The notes: generated by a model from the sequence alone, not told the origin. Numbered from the stretch's first letter, positions 1 to 10,384 are shown. The stretch: 64,000 nucleotides of DNA from Eledone cirrhosa (GCA_964016885.1 OZ024759.1:27032001-27096000); one strand, 5' to 3'. Made by a program: numbers and translations.

Positions 1-100
1 GATGTCCATAACATTACATGACAGAATTATTAGCCACAGGGGCAGAGATGTCCATAACATTACATGACAATTATTAGCCCCAGGGGCAGATATGTCCATG
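1..100 (+). repeat. 46-bp minisatellite (end of an array)
   Basis: Unit gatgtccataacattacatgacagaattattagccacaggggcaga recurs at 1 and 47; the same unit forms many arrays across the window. Confidence 0.95.
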
Positions 101-1310
101 ACAGAGTTTCATCTCTCGCTCTCTCTCTTCCTCTCTCTCGTTTCATCTCGCTCTCTCTCTCGTTTCATCTCGCTCTCTCTCTCTCTCGTTTCACCTCTGT
201 CTTCTTCTCTCTCGTTTCATCTCTCTCTTCCTCTCTCTCGTTCTATCTCTCTCTTCCTCTCTCTCGTTTCATCTCTCTCTCTCGTTTCATCTCTATATCC
301 CTCGTTTCATCTGTCTCTCTCTCTGTCGTTTCATTTCCCTCTATCTCTCTCTCGCTCTCTCGTTTCATCTCTCTCTCCCTCTCGTTTCATCTCGCTCTCT
401 CTCTCCTGTTTCATCTCGATCTCTCTCTCCTGTTTCATCTCGCTCTCTACTCACGTTTCCTCTCTCTCGTTTCCTCTCTTTCTCGTTTCATCTCTCTCTC
501 GTTTCATCTCTCTATGTCTCATTTCATCTCGCTCTCTCTCTCTCTCATTTCATCTCGTTCTCTCTCTCTCTCATTTCATCTCGCTCTCACTCTCTCGTTT
601 CATCTCGCTCTCTCACTCTCGTTTCATCTCGCACTCTCTCTCTCGTTTCATCTCTCTCTCTCTCTCTCTCTCATTTCATCTCGCTCTCTGTCTCGTGTCA
701 TCTCGCTCTCTCTGTCTCTCGTTTCATCTCGCTCTCACTCTCTCGTTTCATCTCACTCTAACTCTCTCATTTCATCTCGCTCTCCCTGTCTCGTTTCATC
801 TCGCTCCCACTCTCTCATTTCATCTCACTCTCTTTCTCTCATTTCATCTCGCTCTCTCGCTCTTGTTTCAACACTCTAATCCCTCACTTGTTTCATCTCT
901 CTCTAATCCCTCACTTGTTTCATCTCTCTCTTGTTTCAATTCTTTCTCTCTCTCTCTCTCTCACTCTCTCTCTCTCTCTCTCTCTCTCTTTCTATCCCCT
1001 CTCTCTTTCTCTCCCCTCTCTCTGTTGTTTCATCCCTCACCCTCTTGTTTCATCCCCTTCTCTCCCTCTCTCTCTCTTCCCCTCTATCTCTATTCCTCTC
1101 TCTCATCCCCTCTCTCTCTCTTCCTCTCTCTCTCTCTCTTCCTCTCTCCCCTCACCCTCTTGTTTCAACTCTCTCCTCGTTTCAACTCTCTCCTCGTTTC
1201 AACTCTCTCTCTCTCCTCTCGTTTCAACTCTCTCTCTCTCCTCGTGTTTCAACCATCTCCTCTCTTGTTTCAACTCTCTCACCTCTCGTTTCAACTCTCT
1301 CTCTCTCTGT
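101..1310 (+). repeat. Complex CT-rich satellite block
   Basis: (CT)n runs punctuated by gtttcatctcgc and later gtttcaac; pyrimidine-rich + strand. The long Ser/Leu/Phe ORFs here are artefacts of the repeat. Confidence 0.95.
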
Positions 1311-1505
1311 GTCTCCAATGTGTATACCGATATATATACCGAAGAATGTACATAAACACACATGCATACACGCATGTGTATATATATATACATACATGTG
1401 TCTCTCTCTCTCCCTATATATATGTACATATGTGTAAATATGTACATACATATTAGTGTATATATATTGCTATCTATATGCATATTTGTATTAATTATAC
1501 TGTAT

Positions 1506-1680
1506 GGTGAATTGGCAGTATCGGTAGAGGGTCTGACGCCATGCTTTCCAGCATAGTTACGTCCCTTTACGATCCGAGGTCAACTTTGCCTTTCATCCTT
1601 ACGGGGTCGATAAAATAAAGTACCAGTAATGTACTGGTTAATTACTGACCTTGTGCCTAAAATAGAAACAATTATTAGTT
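1506..1680 (+). mobile_element. tRNA-derived SINE (octopus OK-like), degenerate
   Basis: ggtgaattggcagtatcggtagag head, then gaggtcaactttgcctttcatccttacggggtcgataaaataaagtaccag core and gaccttgtgcctaaaatagaaacaattatta tail; paralogous to 2343-2517. Family name is recalled, not searched. Copies at ~28267, ~41155, ~51268. Confidence 0.75.
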
Positions 1681-2234
1681 CAAAGAGAAACCACCATCAT
1701 AGAGAAACCACCGTCCTACCTGAAATATTATGTTATCATATTAAATATTTCTTATACTGTCATGTTTTTTCTTTAAAACGATTGCATTTCAATAAAGTGA
1801 AGAAAACTATTATATACTGTTGTTATATCATTATACTTTAGTTTTAACTTATTATTTCTATGTGTATAAATATAATGTATGTAAGTGTGTTTGAAAATAT
1901 ATAATAATAATATGCATGTTTGAAGCAGGGTTCAACTGAAATATCTACACCGGTAACTTAATTAGTGTTACACCTTAGGCATAAACTATTTGGCATTCTT
2001 TGAAGGAGGTACTAGGTTTTTCACTGTCTTAAATGGAGTATACACGCGCACACAATGCATATATATAAATTGTTTTTCTCTGTACAAAGAGATTGACATC
2101 ATTTCTTAAATCATTATTTAGGGTTTTACAACAAAACATATTGTATGTGTAATTATACAAATTGAATTTAAGTATTTATTTTAAAATTTTACATACACTT
2201 TAGTAGTATATATATATATATATATATTCATTTG

Positions 2235-2980
2235 TGATGCCATGCATTGTATTGTACACTTCGACATATGAATTACGTTCATGCAACACTTCTCTTATCA
2301 TAGCCATTTTTTGTGGTGAGCAGTCATTATTTGTTGGTACTAGGGCAGTGGATTGGCAGTATCGGTAGAGCGCCAGACACCATGCTTTACAGCATAGGGT
2401 TATGGCCATTTACGTTCTGGGTTCAAATCTCTCCAAGGTTGACTTTGTTTTCATCCTTATGAGGTCGATAGAATAAAGTACCAGTAATTGCTGGCCTTGT
2501 GCCAGAAACAATTATTTGGTTGTACTTCCAATCTGTGCTACACACCTTCGTTCCCATCAATAATATATAACTGGCCATATTGTGGTGTATTTTCTGCAGG
2601 TTACAGAGATGGGGGTGTAGTGATATGTTTGACCCTGAATATGAAAGCTATACGGGCCTCTGCCGGGTGGTAACACCAAATGAAGTGAAATAAATGTAGT
2701 TTTAATTGCAGATGTTTCTGTGAAATCAACTGCTTCCTGGCCTCTTTCAAAGAGATTTCTCAGTCTCTCAGGGTATATTTGCAATGGTGGCAACACAACC
2801 TTTCCTTTATTACAACAGTTACAATTTTCATTTCTAAATTTCAAAGCTCCACAGTGATCACACGAAACATTCATATCACTAATATGAAATTCTTCTACAT
2901 TTCCATTAATATTAATTGTTGGCCAATTTCTCTTACAACGCTCATTATCCATTCTTCTCTGTCTGAATGTTTTCCATTCT
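2235..2980 (-). pseudogene. Helitron Rep/Hel N-terminal fragment
   Basis: CDHCGALKFRNENCNCCNKGKVVLPPL (Helitron N-terminal Cys cluster), PPGRGPYSFHIQGQTYH and REVLHERNSYV; interrupted by a SINE and frameshifts. Confidence 0.9.
2343..2517 (+). mobile_element. tRNA-derived SINE inserted antisense into the Helitron
   Basis: tggcagtatcggtagagcg A-box-like, gggttcaaatc B-box, same core as 1506; flanked by an imperfect 15-bp duplication ttatttgttggtact / ttatttggttgtact. Also at ~29106, ~41991, ~52103, ~61583. Confidence 0.8.
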
Positions 2981-3339
2981 GTTGTTTATTATGTAATTAA
3001 ATAGCTCTGTACAATACATAGAGCATTCTTCTTTTCTTTACCTTTTCTATGGAAATACAAGAACAAACATGTAAATATATATATATATGTATATACATAA
3101 ACAAGACTGTTATTGCTCCAACCAGTCTATTTACCTTTGATAACTATCCTAAATATAAATACACCTATACCATACATACATATATCATATATGTTTTTGA
3201 TGCCGTGGTATAGCAGAGATAAGCAAGAAGAGAAAAGAAAATGAAAAGGAGAAAAAAAAAGAAGTAAGAAGTCGGGGGAGGGACAGACACTTCACCCCAG
3301 TCTAAGTGGTCCCTCAGCCGCAACCTGTGGAAGAAACTT

Positions 3340-3530
3340 AAAAGCGTTACCTCGGAGCAAGGCCAGAGACACCTGCTACAATAGTCGCCCCTCCTCATGA
3401 GGCTCCTGTCATCTTTCCTCCCGACTTTATGGAGGAAATCAGCAGTACAGGGACCAAGTATGGCAGAGGTCTCAATGGAGTGGAAGAGGTGAGTCAGGCC
3501 TTGGTACTATCTTACTATCCTCTGCATTGC
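3340..3530 (-). mobile_element. CRE-like non-LTR retrotransposon 3' fragment (restriction-like endonuclease tail), decayed
   Basis: Manual translation with frameshifts: AEDSK..YQGLTHLF..IETSAILGPCTADFLHKVGRK..TG..EG.LL*QVSLALLRGNAF. This matches the E-T-x-G ... SLAxxRGNA C-terminus of CRE-clade proteins. Confidence 0.7.
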
Positions 3531-3559
3531 GGGGTGTGGAGCCTAGGTTTGTGGCTGTA

Positions 3560-3686
3560 GCTATATTTGAACTTTTATATGAAATTTCAGTTTTATATTT
3601 TTCACATCATAAAACTTAATCTTAGTCTTTTGCAGCTCATCTTGTTTCATCTCGCAGCACACGATTTGGGAACCACTGCTCTAGAG
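3560..3686 (-). mobile_element. hAT/Charlie-type transposon end with target-site motif
   Basis: tttgggaaccactg (reverse of CAGTGGTTCCCAAA) ends at 3678 and is followed by ctctagag, the NTCTAGAN target typical of Charlie hATs. Partner end not found; inner boundary approximate. Confidence 0.7.
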
Positions 3687-4010
3687 ATAGAAAAAGTATA
3701 TTTTATGCAGGGCTTCCCTGAGACATAAAAACTATTTCAAGAGATCGACATGGGTAGAAAGGTTGAGAAATGCTGCACAATGTTCTTTGGTTTTTGTTCA
3801 CCTTTAAATAATCATGTATAAAATATCGGGTGTGCAAGATTTCATGAAAAGGTATAACATTTTTTATGCTGGTCTTGCAGGGACTAGCTCCAATTGAGAG
3901 TTGTACCAATTCCCACTAAACTCGAAACTCCTGGACAATATATACATATCTTTATAAGTTCCTGTGTATTGTGTCGCTGTATAATGAAACATAAATATAT
4001 ACCATGCATG

Positions 4011-4258
4011 TCAGTCAGATTTGAACTCACTATATTTGGCGTTTTATAGACATAATTTGTTTGTTAAAACAATTGATTAAATAATAACTAAATAAAATTA
4101 ATTCTACAATCCTGGATAGGGAATGAACTTATAACTTCATAATAGAAGCCATCTATTCGAGCAGTATTGCCATCTAAGCCACCAGGTTACCTACAGAACT
4201 TCATTCAAATATAAAATATAAAATATATGCCAGACATAGTGAGTTCGAATCTGACTGA
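4011..4258. mobile_element. MITE-like segment with 30-bp inverted termini
   Basis: tcagtcagatttgaactcactatatttggc (4011) versus gccagacatagtgagttcgaatctgactga (4229-4258): reverse complements with 3 mismatches. Confidence 0.65.
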
Positions 4259-4377
4259 TTAGTTGGTCATTGTCCCAGCCAACAGTTTAAATCGCCAACC
4301 AGTAGGTGACATCGACTAGGTTGGGAAAACTTGGTTAAGTAGCTCCAGTTATTGCTACGTTAGACATATTCAAGACT

Positions 4378-4482
4378 TATCGACACCGAATGGAAGAAAG
4401 GTAAAGTTGAACTCAGAGTAAAGAACAGGAAAAATACTGCAAAGAATGCTATCTGATGTTCTAACAATTCTACCAAATTACC
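4378..4482 (-). mobile_element. Highly decayed SINE, reverse orientation
   Basis: ttatcgacaccgaatggaagaaaggtaaagttgaactc ... ctaacaattctaccaaattacc is a reverse-complement relative of the SINE core and head at 1506. Confidence 0.55.
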
Positions 4483-4567
4483 TTATGTATATATATTTAT
4501 ATCTAGAGATAAGAAGAAAACTGAAAGAAAGAAAAGAAAAAAAATGAGACCTTATATGTAACCCATG

Positions 4568-5541
4568 TTACAACTCAATATATATATATTTGGGTTGTAA
4601 CATATTCCCGCCGGTGAAATAAAAATTTTAATAGAAAAACGGCGGGAATATATGTTACAACCCAATCTATATATATTTGAGTTGTAACATATATTCCCGC
4701 CGTTGAAATAAAAATTTTAATAGAAAAACGGCGGGAATATATGTTACAATCCAATCTAGATATATTTGGGTTGTAACATATATTCCCGCCGTTGAAATAA
4801 AAATTTTAATAGAAAACCGGCGGGAATATATGTTACAACCCAATCTATATATATTTGGGATGTAACATATATTCCCGCCGTTGAAATAAAAGTTTTAATA
4901 GAAAAACGGCGGGAATATATGTTGCAACCCAATCTACATATATTTGGGTTGTAACATATATTCCCGCCGTTGAAATAAAAATTTTAATAGAAATACGGCG
5001 GGAATATATGTTACAACCCAATCTATATATGTTTGGGTTGTAACATATATTCCCGCCGTTTTTCTATTAAAATTTTTATTTCAACGGCGGGAATATATGT
5101 TACAATCCAAATATATATAGATTGGGTTGTAACATATATTCCCGCCGTTTTTCTATTAAAATTTTTATTTCAACGGCGGGAATATATGTTACAACCCAAA
5201 TATTTATAGATAGGGTTGTAACATATATTCCCGCCATTTTTCTATTAAAATTTTTATTTCGACGGCGGGAATATGTTACAACCCAAATATATATAGATTG
5301 GGTTGTAACATATATTCCCGCCGTTTTTCTATTAAAATTTTTATTTCAACGGCGGGAATATATGTTACAACTCAAATATATATAGATTGGGTTGTAACAT
5401 ATATTCCCGCCGTTTTTCTATTAAAATATTTATTTCAACGGCGGGAATATATGTTACAACCCAAAAATATGTAGATTGGGTTGTAACATATATTCTCGCC
5501 GTTTTTCTATTAAAATTTTTATTTCACCGGCGGGAATATAT
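4568..5541. repeat. Array of ~89-bp hairpin units with a central orientation switch (about 11 units)
   Basis: Unit gggttgtaacatatattcccgccgtt-loop-aacggcgggaatatatgttacaaccc-spacer starts at ~4592, 4679, 4768, 4857, 4946; loops are reverse-complemented at ~5035, 5124, 5213, 5300, 5389, 5478. Confidence 0.95.
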
Positions 5542-5562
5542 ACCCTGAGAGACTGAGAAATC

Positions 5563-5915
5563 TCTTTCAAAGAGATTTCTCAGTCTCTCAGGGTATATTT
5601 GCAATGGTGGCAACACAACCTTTCCTTTTTTACAACAGTTACAATTTTCATTTCTAAATTTCAAAGCTCCACAGTGATCACACGAAACATTCATATCACT
5701 AATATGAAATTCTTCTACATTTCCATTAATATTAATTGTTGGCCAATTTCTCTTACGACGCTCATTATCGATTCTTCTCTGTCTGAATGTTTTCCATTCT
5801 AAGTCTATTTGCATGGAATAATTATATTCTGTTGTTTATTATGTAATTAAATAGCTCTGTACAATACATAGAGCATTCTTCTTTTCTTTACCTTTTCTAT
5901 GGAAATACAAGAACA

Positions 5916-5970
<55 letters not shown>

Positions 5971-7439
5971 ATATACATAAACAAGACTGTTATTGCTCCA
6001 ACCAGTCTATTTATCTTTGATAACTATCCTAGATATAAATACACCTATACCATACATACATATATCATATATGTTTTTGATGCCGTGGTATAGCAGAGAT
6101 AAGCAAGAAGAGAAAAGAAAATGAAAAGGAGAAAAAAAAAGAAGTAAGAAGTCGGGGGAGGGACAGACACTTCACCCCAGTCTAAGTGGTCCCTCAGCCG
6201 CAACCTGTGGAAGAAACGTAAAAGCGTTACCTCAGAGCAAGGCCAGAGACACCTGCAACAATAGTCGCCCCTCCTCATGAGGCTCCTGTCGTCTTTCCTC
6301 CCGACTTTATGAAGGAAATCAGCAGTACAGGGACCAAGTATGGCAGAGGTCTCAATGGAGTGGAAGAGGTGAGTCAGGCCTTGGTACTATCTTACTATCC
6401 TCTGCATTGCGGGGTGTGGAGCCTAGGTTTGTGGCTGTAGCTATATTTGAACTTTTATATGAAATTTCAGTTTTATTTTTTTCACATCATAAAACTTAAT
6501 CTTAGTCTTTTGCAGCTCATCTTGTTTCATCTCGCAGCACACGATTTGGGAACCACTGCTCTAGAGATAGAAAAAGTATATTTTATGCAGGACTTCCCTG
6601 AGACATAAAAACTATTTCCAGAGATCGACATGGGTAGAAAGGTTGAGAAATGCTGCACAATGTTCTTTGGTTTTTGTTCACCTTTAAATAATCATGTATA
6701 AAATATCGGGTGTGCAAGATTTCATGAAAAGGTATAACATTATTTATGCTGATCTTGCAGGGACTAGCTCCAATTGAGAGTTGTACCAATTCCCACTAAA
6801 CTCGAAACTCCTGGACAATATATACATATCTTTATAAGTTCCTGTGTATTGTGTCGTTGTATAATGAAACATAAATACATACCATGCATGTCAGTCAGAT
6901 TTGAACTCACTATATTTGGCGTTTTATAGATATAATTTGTTTGTTAAAACAATTGATTAAATAATAACTAAATAAAATTAATTCTACAATCCTGGATAGG
7001 GAATGAACTTATAACTTCATAATAGAAGCCATCTATTCGAGCAGTATTGCCATCTAAGCCACCAGGTTACTTACAGAACTTCATTCAAATATAAAATATA
7101 AAATATATGCCAGACATAGTGAGTTCGAATCTGACTGATTAGTTGGTCATTGTCCCAGCCAACAGTTTAAATCGCCAACCAGTAGGTGACATCGACTAGG
7201 TTGGGAAAACTTGGTTAAGTAGCTCCAGTTATTGCTACGTTAGACATATTCAAGACTTATCGACACCGAATGGAAGAAAGGTAAAGTTGAACTCAGAGTA
7301 AAGAACTGGAAAAATACTGCAAAGAATTCTATCTGATGTTCTAACAATTCTACCAAATTACCTTATGTATATATATTTATATCTAGAGATAAGAAGAAAA
7401 CTGAAAGAAAGAAAAATGAGACCTTATATGTAACCCATG
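5563..7439 (+). repeat. Direct repeat of 2743-4567 (Helitron N-fragment, CRE tail, hAT end, MITE, SINE)
   Basis: ORF pairs 3165/6045 and 3703/6583 are offset by 2880; scattered substitutions and a 30-bp indel distinguish the copies. Confidence 0.95.
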
Positions 7440-7989
7440 ACCAGGATTGAAACCGAAACCATGACTACCACCATCTCTGGTATCACCCACCAGACCACCA
7501 TGAAAGATACAAACATCTGCTTTTTTAATATTTATAAGCCTACTTTCAATATTAAAGTAATTAACATGTGGTGTTGTTCATGCCTTTCTCTATGTTATTG
7601 GTAAAAAATAAAGTATTTAAACCTCAAATTTTGTTATTCAAATATGCTTGCTTATGTAATTATAAATGTCGCAGAATACACACACATATATAGATGTGAA
7701 AATATTCAGGACCCCAACGGCTGTGCTACTGCCGTTTCGACATCTATATATATATCTTTTAGTCCTAGGCTCTTTCAGCGCAGAAAGAATTCTCCAATGA
7801 TCACAACCAGCTAATGGTGCCCAGTGGAAGCACTTTAGTCTAATTATAACCCCAACGATCACGATTAGCGGCGGCTTTTTCGAGTCTGAGGTTGACTGCC
7901 AGATATATATATATATCTATATATATATATATATTTTTTTATACTTTGCTAGAATCCCGGAGAACAACAGAAAGATGCTGAGTTCAGAG

Positions 7990-8277
7990 TTTAAAAAACA
8001 TGTCCCCCTTTAATATAAAAACAATCCGAGTCTTGTAAAAGTGTTATTACTGTAATATAAAGTAGAAACCCTTTATTTAAACAAAGCTGAGATGCAGCGA
8101 TCATCAAAGCAAACCCCAAAATGTAAACAAACTTCTCGCAGGTGCTGGCAGATACACGATAACATGTGTATACGAAGTGTAACAGGGAGTTGGGTCGTAT
8201 TATATGACTTTCAAATTGACCCCTATTATATTCAAATTATCCCCTGTGGGGCGTGCACCCCACGTTGAGAATCCCTC
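7990..8277 (-). mobile_element. hAT-derived MITE remnant
   Basis: Reverse strand begins gagggattctcaacgtggggtgcacgcccc (CAGGGGTTCTCAAC-type end); a fuller forward homolog with both ends lies at 56248-56580. Confidence 0.6.
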
Positions 8278-9164
8278 ATAAATAAATATATGTGAGTGTG
8301 TTGCTATGACTGCTATTTCTAGCAGGTTTACTGCAGTCCTGTAGACGCACAACAAAAACCGGAAGTGGCAGCCATTAAAAAACTTTGGCTTAAAATCAGG
8401 CAAAAGTTTTTTAACAATTTGCCAAGAAAGATAACTCTTGTCTTACTTAATCGCAAAAATCGAGGCAAAAAATGTTGCGGGTGTGCAGTTTGTTTGGTGT
8501 ATTTGACTGCTATTTCTAGCATATATGGACACTTTAGAAATAGCAGCGAAACACGGGAAACATAAGAAAGAAGGACACACACGTATATATATATACATAT
8601 ATATATGCACAGATATATACATTTAAATATATATATTTATATATACATATATATATGCACAGATATATACATTTAAATATATATATTTATATATACATAC
8701 ACGCGCGCACACACACCTATACGTAGATATGGGTGTGTGTATAGCTGGTATATATATATATATGTATGGGTGAGTGTATAGCTGGTATATATATATATAT
8801 ATATATATAGGTGTGTGTCCTTCTTTCTGCTGTTTTCCGTTTTTCGCTGCTATTTCTAAAGTGTCCATACATGCTAGAAATAGCAGTCAAATACACCAAA
8901 CAAACTGCACACCCGCAAAATTTTTGCCTCGATTTTTGCGATTAAGTAAGACAAGAGTTATCTTTCTTGGCAAATTGTTAAAAAACTTTTGCCTGATTTT
9001 AAGCCAAAGTTTTTTAATGGCTGCCACTTCCGGTTTTTGTTGTGCGTCTACAGGACTGCAGTAAACCTGCTAGAAATAGCAGTCATAGCAACACACTCAC
9101 ATATATTTATTTATGAGGGATTCTCAACGTGGGGTGCACGCCCCACAGGGGATAATTTGAATAT
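8228..9164. repeat. Long inverted repeat, ~350-bp arms around a TA/CA spacer
   Basis: 8228-8580 is the near-perfect reverse complement of 8812-9164; mirror ORFs 8200..8403(-) and 8989..9255(+) share their first 59 residues. Confidence 0.95.
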
Positions 9165-9762
9165 CCCCCTCTTTATATCAATTAGCACTAACTCTCTCCC
9201 TCTCTATATCTACTACACGGCACTCTCTTCCAATACCCCTCTCTATATGAAGTAACACCAAACTCTCCCCCTCTCTATATATTAAGCACTAAGTCAGGAA
9301 TTTTTTTCTTCTTTCGTGCAGAGAGAGTAAAGTTGATTAAATCTACTGCAGTGAATTACTGGTATTTTATTTAATAAAAATTAAAATTTACTATTTGTCT
9401 TCGTTTAATTTTCGTTTTTCTTTACATAGTTTCGTTTCGTTAAATGTCTCCAGAATTTGTTTTTACTTTTACCGGATATTGAAGGTGTAAACTTGGTGTT
9501 GTCTAGAAACGTGTTAGAAATATTTTTCTTTTAATTGTGAAGAATTTAACCGCAAAGTAAGTTTTTTTTACTGTTTATTTGTGGCTGGGACAACGTATGG
9601 TATGTGTTAATGTAAATGGTGAAGGTTTAAAGATTCTTTTTACAACTGAAAATCAGTTTGTTGTTGCTGCTAATTACTTAACGCATGGAATAGATTAAAA
9701 AAATACAGGATTGTTTCTCGGAAGAGAGAAAGAAGAAACAACAAATCACAGAAGCGGGTAGC

Positions 9763-9938
9763 ACACACATTTGGGACCACATACAACACAAAAACAGGTA
9801 ATCCACACATCTGGGACCACATACAACACACCAGCAGGTAATACATACATCTAGGACCACATAAGCAGGTAATACACACATCTAGGACCACATACAACAC
9901 ACAAGCAGGTAATACACACATCTAGGACGACATACAAC
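9763..9938 (+). repeat. ~40-bp minisatellite, about 4.5 copies
   Basis: ggaccacatacaacacacaagcaggtaatacacacatcta recurs at ~9774, 9814, 9854, 9885, 9925. Confidence 0.85.
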
Positions 9939-9980
9939 CAAAGGCAGGCGAAAGGGGTGGACAAACGAGCTGCTACTAGA

Positions 9981-10240
9981 TCAAAAGATAACAGTATCGC
10001 GAGGAGCACTGGGAAACCTCTCTAATGATTTTTTTAGGCAAGCCAGCACGTCTGCAGCGTTACCTCGGGCGATGGCGAGGCTGAGGAGCTGGAACAACCA
10101 AGTGCCCTCACGAGCTTCACCAGTCACCTTCGTCAGGCTAGCCGCCAGTGAAGATAGGAATCTCGCAGTCAGTATCCCGACTCCTTCAAACGCCACAGGC
10201 TGGAAAATGTAGTTGGCCGACAGATCACAGTATTACTTAA
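9981..10240 (-). mobile_element. CRE-like non-LTR retrotransposon 3' fragment (restriction-like endonuclease C-terminus)
   Basis: K*YCDLSANYIFQPVAFEGVGILTARFLSSLAASLTKVTGEAREGTWLFQLLSLAIARGNAADVL follows the KxxKY..FxPxAxE..TG..R..L.Q.LSLAIxRGNA pattern of CRE elements. Confidence 0.85.
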
Positions 10241-10264
10241 CAGTGATAGATATTCTGTCTAAAG

Positions 10265-10335
10265 GAGGGGCGTGCAACAGGCGGCCCGCGGGCCACAATC
10301 GAGCCCACCTGACCAGTCAGAGTGGCCCGCAATGA
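10265..10335 (+). mobile_element. hAT transposon left end
   Basis: gtctaaag target-like 8-mer, then gaggggcgtgcaacaggcggcccgcgggccaca..tggcccgc, the GCGGCCCGCGGGCC subterminal motif typical of Charlie/SPIN-like hATs. Confidence 0.7.
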
Positions 10336-10384
10336 CTCTTGTAGGCTTATTTAGAATTTTTTCCATACCCGTAATACTTCTGTT

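Noticed and set aside
31-48. gccacaggggcag as a CTCF site
   Set aside because: Shorter than the CCASYAGRKGGC core; cannot be supported without a motif scan.
875-930. ctaatccc / gggattag as telomeric repeat
   Set aside because: Only one or two copies per block and not TTAGGG or TTAGG tandem repeats.
64-1456. Long Ser/Leu/Phe/His and Arg/Glu ORFs (also 13261-28217, 39583-41005, 49696-51118, 62524-63319)
   Set aside because: Open in several frames simply because CT/GA repeats lack stop codons; no domain-like sequence.
4600-4640. ttcccgcc in the hairpin stem as an E2F regulatory cluster
   Set aside because: Short motif inside a repeat with no associated gene or promoter evidence.
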